From Steroidobacteraceae bacterium (GTDB lineage: Bacteria > Pseudomonadota > Gammaproteobacteria > Steroidobacterales > Steroidobacteraceae), in assembly GCA_036270175.1 (NCBI GenBank), contig DATBCZ010000102.1, positions 1 through 35,075 on the forward strand: a DNA stretch of 35,075 nucleotides, in the 5' to 3' direction. This document shows, piece by piece, positions 7,949 through 16,330 of this stretch. A program made the translations under genes and the position numbers. Every line of letters starts with the position of its first letter. The stretch's first letter is position 1. The notes beneath the pieces were generated by a model that saw only the letters and a list, made by a program, of their open reading frames with translations, did no database searches and was not told the DNA's origin.

Positions 7949-8109
7949 GAAAGGATCGTCATACCGCCAGAGATATCGGGGGCGAATTATCTTGCATAAA
8001 GCCCGCGCCTTGTAAATCCGCTGCCCGCTTCAATCAGCTGTTTTGTGGCTGCCGTCACAAAGCTCTCGTAATATCGCTCGCCCCGACCCCAAGGATAAGA
8101 AGGCTCATC

Positions 8110-9939
8110 GTGCACATGCGTGACTCCGCCCACAGTTCAAGGTCCGCGCACCCCTCGCAGCGCGCGTATGTGAAATGGCTGCCTGCATTGCTGTTGGGTA
8201 GCGCCGCGCTCCTGGCGGCCGTGCCTTCTTTTGCGCAGGACTCCAAGTCCGCGCCCGCGGCACCCGGACAGTGCCCGGGTGGCAAAGCAGGTTTGCAGCT
8301 GCCGCCCGGCTTCTGCGCCACCGTGTTTGCCGACCAGATCGGGCATGCACGGCACCTGGTGGTCGCGCCGAACGGCGTGGTTTATATCAACACCTGGAGC
8401 GGCCGTTACTATGGCAATGACAAGCCGCATGACGGCGGCTTCCTCGTCGCTCTCCAGGATACGACCGGAAGCGGTCACGCCAACATCAACGAGCGCTTCG
8501 GCGACACGGTGCAGAGCGGCAGTGCCGGGGGCACCGGTATCTGGATCTACAAAGGTGCGCTGTATGTCGAGATGAATGATCGTATCCTGCGCTATGCGAT
8601 GAGCGACGGATCGATCGTGCCGACCGGCAAGCCCGACGTCATTGTCTCGGGGATGCCGCTCACCGGCGATCACCCGATGCATCCTTTCGCGATCGATGCG
8701 CAGGGGTCGCTGTTTGTCGATCTCGGCACGGCGACCAACTCGTGCCAGAAAGAGAATCGCACGGCGAACACCCCGGGCGATAAGCCTTGCACTGAGCTCG
8801 AGACGCGCGGTGGCATCTGGCGTTACGACGCGAACGAGACGGGGCAGGTGTTTTCGCCGGCGGAACGGTACGCCACCGGCATCCGCAATGCGGACGGTAT
8901 CACGCTCGCTCCGGACGGCACGCTGTACGCAACCCAACACGGCCGTGACCAGTTGGGTGACAACTGGTCACGTTTCTATAAGCCGGAACAGGGCGCGGAA
9001 CTGCCGGCCGAAGAGCTTCTGAAGGTAGTGCAGGGCGGCGATTACGGCTGGCCGGAGTGTTATTTCGATCCGTTCCAGCACGAGCTGGTGCTCGCGCCCG
9101 AATACGGTGGTGACGGTGGTAAGAAGGTCGGCGAGTGCGCCGGCAAACTGGCGCCGGTCGCGGCCTTTCCCGCTCACTGGGCCCCGAACGATGTGGCCAT
9201 CTATACGGGCAGTCAGTTTCCCAAGGTCTACCAGGGCGGAGCCTTCCTGGCGTTTCACGGCTCGTGGAATCGCGCACCATTCCCGCAAAGCGGTTACAAC
9301 CTGGCGTTCCAACCGCTGGCCGGCGGCAAGGCCTCCGGCAAGTTCGTGGTGTTTGCCGACGGGTTCGCGGGTCCGAAGAAGGAGCCCGGCACGGCGGAGC
9401 ATCGGCCTTCGGGTGTTGCCGTGGGCCCGGACGGCGCGCTGTATGTGACCGACGACCAGAAAGGTCGTGTCTGGCGCATTACCTACATCGGTGGCGATCC
9501 GGAGGCAAAGCTGCATAGCGTCGCTACAACATCGCCGCCGGTGGGTACCCCCGCCGCCGCCAAGGCCCTCCCGCCGGAGGGACTGCACAAGGACGCGGGC
9601 GCCCCATCGACGGCGTCTCTCCCGGTGCCCCCGGGCTCGACTGCCGCGGCAGTAGCACTCGGCCAGCAGGTCTTCACAGGCCAGGTGGGCGGTGCTCCGT
9701 GCACGGGCTGCCATGGCTCGGACGCCAAGGGCAGCCCGCTCGGACCGAATCTCACCGCGGGCAAGTGGACCTGGAGCGACGGCAGCCTCGCCGGGATCCA
9801 GAAGTCCATCACGACTGGAGTGCCGACCCCGAAGAACTACCGCAGCCCGATGCCGCCGCTGGGCGGCGCGCAGCTCTCGCCTGACCAGGTGTCCGCTGTG
9901 GCCGCTTACGTGTGGGCTCTGGGCCACCCCGCCCGATAG
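8110..9939 (+). CDS. PQQ-dependent sugar/sorbosone dehydrogenase-like beta-propeller fused to a C-terminal c-type cytochrome domain
   Basis: Signal peptide (KWLPALLLGSAALLAAVPSFAQD). The start is GTG 8110 or ATG 8116, or a later GTG. The propeller body is typical of sorbosone/glucose dehydrogenase-like proteins (LPPGFCATVFAD, HLVVAPNGVVYIN, RNADGITLAPDGTLYATQHGRD, PSGVAVGPDGALYVTDD). A Pro/Ala linker follows, then a CTGCHG heme-c motif with a distal Met (RSPMPP). Confidence 0.75.
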   Translation: MHMRDSAHSSRSAHPSQRAYVKWLPALLLGSAALLAAVPSFAQDSKSAPAAPGQCPGGKAGLQLPPGFCATVFADQIGHARHLVVAPNGVVYINTWSGRYYGNDKPHDGGFLVALQDTTGSGHANINERFGDTVQSGSAGGTGIWIYKGALYVEMNDRILRYAMSDGSIVPTGKPDVIVSGMPLTGDHPMHPFAIDAQGSLFVDLGTATNSCQKENRTANTPGDKPCTELETRGGIWRYDANETGQVFSPAERYATGIRNADGITLAPDGTLYATQHGRDQLGDNWSRFYKPEQGAELPAEELLKVVQGGDYGWPECYFDPFQHELVLAPEYGGDGGKKVGECAGKLAPVAAFPAHWAPNDVAIYTGSQFPKVYQGGAFLAFHGSWNRAPFPQSGYNLAFQPLAGGKASGKFVVFADGFAGPKKEPGTAEHRPSGVAVGPDGALYVTDDQKGRVWRITYIGGDPEAKLHSVATTSPPVGTPAAAKALPPEGLHKDAGAPSTASLPVPPGSTAAAVALGQQVFTGQVGGAPCTGCHGSDAKGSPLGPNLTAGKWTWSDGSLAGIQKSITTGVPTPKNYRSPMPPLGGAQLSPDQVSAVAAYVWALGHPAR

Positions 9940-9954
9940 TTTCAATTGAAACTA
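9937..9954. promoter_or_regulatory. 18-bp perfect palindrome TAGTTTCAATTGAAACTA (candidate operator)
   Basis: Its reverse complement is identical to itself (checked by hand). It is AT-rich within GC-rich DNA. It spans the TAG stop of the upstream gene and overlaps the -35 of the predicted hppD promoter. Confidence 0.5.
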
Positions 9955-9974
9955 CATGCCGCGGGGTCTACCAT
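9946..9974 (+). promoter_or_regulatory. Sigma-70-type promoter for hppD-marR-glcF
   Basis: TTGAAA (9946-9951), 17 nt, TACCAT (9969-9974). It sits about 40 nt upstream of the hppD ATG (10015), which has GAGGAG at 10002-10007. Confidence 0.4.
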
Positions 9975-10014
9975 GACTCCTTGGCGCGTATTGTCGCGCT
10001 CGAGGAGTCATACG

Positions 10015-11097
10015 ATGAGCCGCGATCTACTGGACAATCCCCTGGGCACCGATGGTTTCGAGTTCGTGGAGTTCACGGGCCCGGATCCGCAGGCCATTGC
10101 GCGCCAGTTCGTTGCCATGGGTTTTACAGCCGTGGCGCAGCACCGCTCCAAGAACGTCGTGCGCTATCGCCAGGGCGACATCAACTTCATCCTGAACATG
10201 GAGCCTCGCGGACCGGCGGCGCAGTTCCGCGAAGCGCACGGGCCATCCGCCAATGCGATGGCTTTTCGCGTCCGCGACGCGGGCAAGGCGCTGAAGCTCG
10301 CGCTCGAGCGGGGTGCGAGGGAAGTGAAGGGACCTGTCGGGCCGATGGAGCTCAACATCCCGGCCATTGAAGGCATCGGCGGCTCCTACCTCTATCTCGT
10401 CGACCGTTACGGCGCACACGAGATCTACGAGATCGACTTCGTGCCCATCGAGGGCGCGGCCGCTCTCGAGCAGACCAACAGCGTAGGTCTCACTTATCTC
10501 GATCACCTCACCCACAACGTGGCTCGCGGCAACATGAGCACCTGGGCCGATTTCTACGAACGGGTGTTCAACTTCCGCGAGATCCGTTATTTCGACATCG
10601 AAGGCAAGATGACCGGCCTGTTCTCCAAGGCCATGACCAGCCCCTGCGGGAAAATCCGCATTCCGTTGAACGAGAGCCAGGACGACAAGTCGCAGATCGA
10701 GGAATTCCTGCACACCTACCGCGGCGAGGGCATTCAGCATCTCGCTCTTGGCACCAACGATATTTACGAGACGGTCCAGCGAATGCGCGCACGTGGCATG
10801 CGCTTTCAGGACACGGTGGATACTTACTTCGATGGCATCGACGCACGAGTCCCCGGTCACGGCGAGAATGTGCAGCGCCTGCGCGAGAATCGGATTCTCA
10901 TCGACGGCGCGCCCACCGAAGGCCAGGGCCTGCTGTTGCAGATCTTCACCGAAAACGCCATCGGTCCGATCTTCTTCGAGATCATCCAGCGCAAGGGCAA
11001 TGAAGGCTTCGGCGAAGGCAACTTCAAGGCGCTGTTCGAATCGCTGGAGCTCGATCAGATCCGCCGCGGCGTCCTGACAGAAGGCCGCAATGCCTGA
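10015..11097 (+). CDS. hppD: 4-hydroxyphenylpyruvate dioxygenase
   Basis: ORF trimmed to ATG 10015, with SD GAGGAG 8 nt upstream. MSRDLLDNPLGTDGFEFVEFTGPDP..., HLTHNV..GNM..W..FYE..FNFREIRYFDIEGK.TGL.S.AM..P.GKIRIPLNES, EFL....GEGIQHLAL and FFEIIQRKG..GFGEGNFKALFES.E.DQ..RGVL are classic Pseudomonas-type HPPD signatures. Confidence 0.95.
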   Translation: MSRDLLDNPLGTDGFEFVEFTGPDPQAIARQFVAMGFTAVAQHRSKNVVRYRQGDINFILNMEPRGPAAQFREAHGPSANAMAFRVRDAGKALKLALERGAREVKGPVGPMELNIPAIEGIGGSYLYLVDRYGAHEIYEIDFVPIEGAAALEQTNSVGLTYLDHLTHNVARGNMSTWADFYERVFNFREIRYFDIEGKMTGLFSKAMTSPCGKIRIPLNESQDDKSQIEEFLHTYRGEGIQHLALGTNDIYETVQRMRARGMRFQDTVDTYFDGIDARVPGHGENVQRLRENRILIDGAPTEGQGLLLQIFTENAIGPIFFEIIQRKGNEGFGEGNFKALFESLELDQIRRGVLTEGRNA

Positions 11098-11551
11098 TTC
11101 CGCGCTACGGCTCGATGGCTATCTGCCGTACCGGTTGTCAGTAGCGTCGAACGCCGTCTCGCGCCTCATCGCGCGCGCCTACGAGGATCGTTTCGGGCTC
11201 ACGATTCCGCAGTGGCGGCTCATTGCGGTGTTGGCGGAGGATGGCCCGCTCACCCAACAGGCGATTGGCGCGCGGACGGTCATGGACAAAGTGACGGTCA
11301 GCCGCGCGACACAGGGGTTGGTGAAACGCAGGCTGGTACAGCGTGCTCCGCATGACGCTGACGGCCGGTCCCATCACCTCGCTCTCTCGAAGGCCGGAGA
11401 GCGTCTTTACAGTGAAGTATCGCCGGTCGCATTGGAGTACGAAGCACGGCTTCTGCAGCAGTTCGATCCTGCCGCGGTCGAAGAGCTGAAACGGGTCCTG
11501 CGGCATCTCGAACGCGCAGCCGAGGTGCTGTCGGGCTCTGAGGCCGGCTAG
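11090..11551 (+). CDS. MarR-family transcriptional regulator
   Basis: 153 aa. Its ATG overlaps the hppD stop (ATGCCTGA). It has a winged-HTH core typical of MarR (LTIPQWRLIAVLAEDGPLTQQAIGARTVMDKVTVSRATQGLVKRRLVQR...DGRSHHLALSKAGE). Confidence 0.9.
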   Translation: MPDSALRLDGYLPYRLSVASNAVSRLIARAYEDRFGLTIPQWRLIAVLAEDGPLTQQAIGARTVMDKVTVSRATQGLVKRRLVQRAPHDADGRSHHLALSKAGERLYSEVSPVALEYEARLLQQFDPAAVEELKRVLRHLERAAEVLSGSEAG

Positions 11552-11562
11552 AATGCAAGGTC

Positions 11563-12831
11563 ATGCAGACCACCCTCGCCGAAAGCTTCAAGGACACGCC
11601 GCAAGGGCGGGAAGCGGACACCATCCTGCGCTCCTGCGTGCATTGTGGGTTCTGCCTCGCCACGTGCCCCACATACCAGTTGCTGGGAGACGAGCTCGAT
11701 AGCCCGCGGGGCCGCATCTACCTCATGAAGCAGATGCTCGAGGGAGAGCCGGTTACCGCCGACACACAGTTGCACCTCGATCGCTGCCTCACCTGCCGCT
11801 CCTGCGAGACCACCTGTCCGTCGGGGGTCCGCTACTCCAGGCTCCTGGATATCGGGCGCGCGGTGACCGAGGAGCGGGTCGAGCGGCCGCCACTGACAGC
11901 CCTGAAGCGCTACGCGCTCCGTAAGGTGTTACCTCACAGGCGACGTTTCGCGGTGTTGCTCGGGCTCGCGCGACTGGTGCGCGGCATTCTGCCACCCGAG
12001 CTGCGCGCGAAGCTCCCCCCAAAGCCCCGCTCGCCAACATTGCCATGGCCGCCGGTGCGCCATGCGCGCAGAGTTCTCATGCTCGAAGGCTGCGTGCAAC
12101 CCACGCTGGCGCCGGAAGTCAACATCGCCGCGGCGCGCGTGTTGGATCGGCTCGGAATCTCCGTAGTTCGGGTCACCGCCGCCGGCTGTTGCGGAGCCGT
12201 GGCGCATCACATGTCGGCTCACGAAGAAACGTTGCAACAGCTGAGAAGCAACATCGATGCGCTCTGGACACAGGTCCGGTCCGGTGCCGAAGCGATCATC
12301 ATGACCGCCAGCGCCTGTACCGCCATGCTGACCGACTACGGTCACCTGTTGCGGGAGGATCCTGTTTACGCCGAGCGGGCTGCGCGGGTGAGCGAGCTCA
12401 CGCGGGATATCAGTGAAGTTGTCCTAGCTCAGGGACAGGCTCTCCAGGACGCCTTGCGGCTGTCGGGCGCCAATGTGAAGCCCGGGGCCAAGATCGCCTT
12501 CCAGTCCCCATGCACGCTGCAGCATGCCCTGCAGGTTCGCGGCCCCGTGGAGGCCCTGCTGGGGCAGGCCGGTTTCACCCTCACGCACGTGCCCGACAGT
12601 CACCTCTGTTGCGGTTCCGCCGGGACCTACTCGATCCTGCAGCCGGAGTTGTCCGCGCGCCTGCTGAGCGCCAAGGTGGCCGCGTTGGAGCAGGGGCAAC
12701 CTGCCTGCATTGCCACCGCCAACATCGGCTGCCATACCCATATCCGGGGTGGCACCGAGCTTCCCGTGCGACACTGGATCGAATTGATCGCGGCGCGTCT
12801 GCAGGGGTCTGGGGCCGATTTGCGCGGTTAA
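11563..12831 (+). CDS. glcF: Glycolate oxidase iron-sulfur subunit GlcF
   Basis: It starts 11 nt after the marR stop. The N-terminus is near-canonical for GlcF (DTPQGREADTILRSCVHCGFCLATCPTYQLLGDELDSPRGRIYLMKQMLEG). There is a second 4Fe-4S motif (CLTCRSCETTCP) and two C-terminal CCG-type Cys-rich repeats. Confidence 0.9.
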   Translation: MQTTLAESFKDTPQGREADTILRSCVHCGFCLATCPTYQLLGDELDSPRGRIYLMKQMLEGEPVTADTQLHLDRCLTCRSCETTCPSGVRYSRLLDIGRAVTEERVERPPLTALKRYALRKVLPHRRRFAVLLGLARLVRGILPPELRAKLPPKPRSPTLPWPPVRHARRVLMLEGCVQPTLAPEVNIAAARVLDRLGISVVRVTAAGCCGAVAHHMSAHEETLQQLRSNIDALWTQVRSGAEAIIMTASACTAMLTDYGHLLREDPVYAERAARVSELTRDISEVVLAQGQALQDALRLSGANVKPGAKIAFQSPCTLQHALQVRGPVEALLGQAGFTLTHVPDSHLCCGSAGTYSILQPELSARLLSAKVAALEQGQPACIATANIGCHTHIRGGTELPVRHWIELIAARLQGSGADLRG

Positions 12832-12942
12832 ACCAGTCTTTGGTCGCAATTAGCACTTCCCGTCCGTGCCGCTTGCGGGATAATGGGAATACTTTAAAAG
12901 ACTCCCAGGACGCACGCCTCCTCCAGCACGGGCGTGCGCTAA

Positions 12943-14922
12943 ATGACCCAACGAGCCAAACCTGCCGTCCGCCGATGGAATGCGATTGTCCGGATATCGG
13001 CGGCGTTGGTGTTGCTCGCCTGGCTGCCGCTACTGCCGGCACGCGCGCAGGATCCCGGGGCCGGAACGGCCGCCACGGCTACCACCCCCAATCCGGTCGA
13101 GGCGCTCATCGAGCGGGGCACGATGGCCATGTGGACCGATCCGGATGCGAGCAAGCGCGAGGCCGATGAAGCGCTCGAGCTGCTGAAGAAGAATCCGGAC
13201 CCCGATCGCGAGATCCGCGCGCGGCTCCTCATCTGCGACTACCAGTCCGAGCGCGATACAGCCGCCGCGCAGCGGGAAATCGCCGCCGCCACAGCCTTGC
13301 TGTCGCAGGCGACGCGGCAGGGACTGCGCGCCGGGATTCTCGACTGCGAGGGCGAGAGCCTGGAGAACTCGGGCGACAATACCAAGGCGATGGCGCAATA
13401 CACCGAGGCCGCGTCCGTCGCGACGAGCGAGCACGACGATGAGATGCTTGCGCTCAGCTTGTATTCCCGGGGCTACCTGTTGGGAGTCATGGGCGACTAT
13501 GCCACCGGGTTGATCGAGTTGCGGCGTGCCGATGCCCTGTTCGAGAAGCTCAAGAAGCCACTGCACGAGCTCGTGACTCTCAACAGTATCGCCACCATCT
13601 ACAATCGCATGGGCGATTATGTCCAGGCGCGCCACATCTATACGCGTGCCCTGGCGGCGCAGCGGCAGGCCGGGCTGCAGCGGGAACAGGTGGTCACGCT
13701 CTATAACCTGGGACGGGCGAACGAGAACCTGCACGACTGGGACGCCTCGCGCACGGCTTTTGCCGAAACACTCGAGATCAGCCGCAAGATCAACTACCTG
13801 CGTGGCGAGGCGTACGGCATGCGCGGCCTGGCGGCGGTCGCCAATGCGCTGGGCGATCCCGAGGGGGCGCTCGACACGCTCAAGAGCGCGGAAGTCATAC
13901 AGAAGCAGGTCCCGGATTCGCGCTTGCGCGCGCAGATTCAACTCGCGCGCGGCATCGCGCTCCACAAACTCCAACGTCTGCCCGAGAGCACCCAGGCACT
14001 CGAAAGCGCCCTGGTGGACTTTCGTCAGGCCGATGCGCTCTACGAGCTCAACCAGGTGTATTCCGAGCTCGCGGCCGTATATGCCGAAACGGGTAACTGG
14101 CGGGATGCCTACGCTCGCCAGGTCGATGCGAAGACGACCTCGGACAAGCTTCTCAAGAACCAGCTCGATCAGGGTTTCGCCACGTTGAAAGTCGAGTTCG
14201 ACACGGCGACCCAGGACAAAGAGAATGCGGCGCTCAAAAAGCAGAACGAGGCGAACCAGCGCGCACTCGCCCAGGCCCGCAGCGTGCGGCGCCTGCAGGC
14301 CACCGTCATCATTCTGACCATATCGCTCGTCTTGTTGTTGACACTACTGGCGGTATTCCAACATCGCAGCACCCTGCGAATGCACTTGCTCGCGATGACG
14401 GATGAGCTCACCGGCGTGCCGAATCGCCGCGCCGTGCTGGGCCGCCTCGACCCGCTGCTGCGCCGTGACGATCCCGCGGCGTGCTCCATTCTCATCGTCG
14501 ATATCGACTACTTCAAAGCCATCAACGATCAGCTCGGCCACTCCACCGGCGACGAGGTGTTGAAGGTGGTTGCCGCGACAGTGCGCGCCGCCGTGAGCGA
14601 GCCCGCCTTTTTCGGGCGTCTGGGCGGCGAGGAGTTCCTCATCGTGCTGCCGGCCACGGGCCTCAGCCAGGCGCGTGCTACCGCGCAGAGCTTTTGCGAG
14701 AAGATCGAAGCCATCGATACCTCACGTTGGTTTGGCGAGCGGCGCCACATCACGTGCAGTATCGGTGTGTCTACTTCCGTGCCTGGCAGGGATACGCCCA
14801 GCACCATGCTTCAGCGTGCCGACGCCGCTCTATACGCAGCCAAGCGCGGCGGCCGCAACTGCGTGAGGACGGAGCCGGCCCCCGAGCCCGACGTGGGCGC
14901 GGCGGCGGTGGTCGATGCCTGA
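12943..14922 (+). CDS. Periplasmic TPR sensor - TM - GGDEF diguanylate cyclase
   Basis: It has a signal/anchor (ISAALVLLAWLPLLPARAQD) and about 350 aa of TPR-like repeats. A coiled coil (FDTATQDKENAALKKQNEANQRAL) and a TM segment (VIILTISLVLLLTLLAVF) follow. The GGDEF domain is intact (DELTGVPNRR, DIDYFKAINDQLGH, RLGGEEFLIVLP, ADAALYAAKRGGRN). Confidence 0.9.
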   Translation: MTQRAKPAVRRWNAIVRISAALVLLAWLPLLPARAQDPGAGTAATATTPNPVEALIERGTMAMWTDPDASKREADEALELLKKNPDPDREIRARLLICDYQSERDTAAAQREIAAATALLSQATRQGLRAGILDCEGESLENSGDNTKAMAQYTEAASVATSEHDDEMLALSLYSRGYLLGVMGDYATGLIELRRADALFEKLKKPLHELVTLNSIATIYNRMGDYVQARHIYTRALAAQRQAGLQREQVVTLYNLGRANENLHDWDASRTAFAETLEISRKINYLRGEAYGMRGLAAVANALGDPEGALDTLKSAEVIQKQVPDSRLRAQIQLARGIALHKLQRLPESTQALESALVDFRQADALYELNQVYSELAAVYAETGNWRDAYARQVDAKTTSDKLLKNQLDQGFATLKVEFDTATQDKENAALKKQNEANQRALAQARSVRRLQATVIILTISLVLLLTLLAVFQHRSTLRMHLLAMTDELTGVPNRRAVLGRLDPLLRRDDPAACSILIVDIDYFKAINDQLGHSTGDEVLKVVAATVRAAVSEPAFFGRLGGEEFLIVLPATGLSQARATAQSFCEKIEAIDTSRWFGERRHITCSIGVSTSVPGRDTPSTMLQRADAALYAAKRGGRNCVRTEPAPEPDVGAAAVVDA

Positions 14923-16264
14923 GGGCAGCGCTGCCGTGAAGGCCGATCAGTGGGGCGAGCGCATGCCGCGCTCGGTGGGCCTGGTCGATTCCATAGCGGT
15001 GCTCGTCGGCGTCACCATTGGAAGCGGGATCTTCCGCGTGCCGGCCACGGTGGCGGCGCAATTGCATACTCCGGGTGCCGTCCTCCTCTGTTGGGTGTTG
15101 GGTGGTGTGTTTGCGCTGTCCGGCGCGCTTACGATTGCCGAGCTCGCGGGTGCAATGCCACGCTCCGGAGGAATCTTCGCGTGGCTGCTGGAAAGCTTCG
15201 GGCCCATGCCGGCATTCCTGTTCGGGTGGAGTGAGTTCGCCGTCATCCGGGCGTCGGCCCTCGGCGCCACATCGACCATCTTCGCGGAGTACCTCGGATA
15301 CTTCATACCCCTCACGCCCATGCAGGTGCGCTATGTCGCCGCCGCCCTGATCATCTTCGTCGGCGCGATGAACTACCTTGGCGTGCGCAAGGCCGCTGCC
15401 GTCATGAGCGTGGCGACGATCGCGAAGTATGCAGCCGTGATGGGTCTGGGGCTGCTGGCGTTCACAGCCCCCCACGGGAGCATGTCCCACTTCACACCTA
15501 CCTGGGGCGACGGAGTGCATCTATCGCTTCTGGCGACGGCGCTCATCCCCGTCATGTGGACCTATGACGGCTGGGCCGACCTGTCTTTCATGGGCGGCGA
15601 GGTGAAAAATCCGCAGCGAACTTTGCCGCTGGCGCTGATTCTGGGTACTGCCTGCGTGCTGCTGGTATATCTCGTCGTCAATGTCGGCTTCATGTACGTG
15701 TTGACGCTGCCGGAGATGGCGCAGTCACACCTCATCGCCACCTCCGTGGCGGAGCGCATTCCGGTGTTTGGTGGAATCGGGGCGGCCGTGATTTCCGCGG
15801 TGGTGTTGCTCTCCACGTTCAGCGGACTGAACGGCTCCGTGATGACCGGGCCCCGGATCTTTTTCGCGATGGCCGAGCGGGGGCTGTTCTTCCAGGCCGT
15901 GGCGCGAGTCTCGCCGCGATTTCACAGTCCCTCGGTGGCGATCTGGCTGGCCACGGCGCTCGGGGTTTTCTATGTGCTGCAGAACAATTTCGCCGAGCTC
16001 GCCGACAAATTCGTGCTGGGCCTGTGGCCGTTTTACTCGCTGGCGGTAGCGGGTGTGTTCGTCCTCAGGCGTAAGCGCCCGGACCTGCCGCGGCCCTATC
16101 GGGTCTGGGGCTATCCGTGGGTGCCGCTCGTGTTCCTGTTCGCATCCCTCGGCATGGTCGCGAACGCTCTGTGGACCGAGCCCTGGAAGACGGGAGTCAC
16201 GCTGCTGATCATTCTGGCCGGAGTGCCTTTGTTCTATCTTTGGAAACGGCTCACCCGCGGTTAA
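14915..16264 (+). CDS. APC-superfamily amino acid permease
   Basis: 449 aa and about 12 TM segments, with the IGSGIF motif near the N-terminus. ATG 14915 overlaps the cyclase stop (ATGCCTGA). The alternative start is ATG 14963 (MPRSVGLVD). Confidence 0.85.
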   Translation: MPEGSAAVKADQWGERMPRSVGLVDSIAVLVGVTIGSGIFRVPATVAAQLHTPGAVLLCWVLGGVFALSGALTIAELAGAMPRSGGIFAWLLESFGPMPAFLFGWSEFAVIRASALGATSTIFAEYLGYFIPLTPMQVRYVAAALIIFVGAMNYLGVRKAAAVMSVATIAKYAAVMGLGLLAFTAPHGSMSHFTPTWGDGVHLSLLATALIPVMWTYDGWADLSFMGGEVKNPQRTLPLALILGTACVLLVYLVVNVGFMYVLTLPEMAQSHLIATSVAERIPVFGGIGAAVISAVVLLSTFSGLNGSVMTGPRIFFAMAERGLFFQAVARVSPRFHSPSVAIWLATALGVFYVLQNNFAELADKFVLGLWPFYSLAVAGVFVLRRKRPDLPRPYRVWGYPWVPLVFLFASLGMVANALWTEPWKTGVTLLIILAGVPLFYLWKRLTRG

Positions 16265-16274
16265 CATGCGTGCA

Positions 16275-16313
16275 GTGCCGAATCGGCACCTTACCAATGC
16301 GAACACAGTTCGC
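16275..16313 (+). other. Two short GC hairpins/palindromes between permease and peptidase
   Basis: GTGCCGA-a-TCGGCAC (16275-16289; a 7-1-7 palindrome) and GCGAAC-aca-GTTCGC (16299-16313). Neither is followed by a T-run. Confidence 0.3.
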
Positions 16314-16330
16314 GAAAGGCTCGGCGTAGC

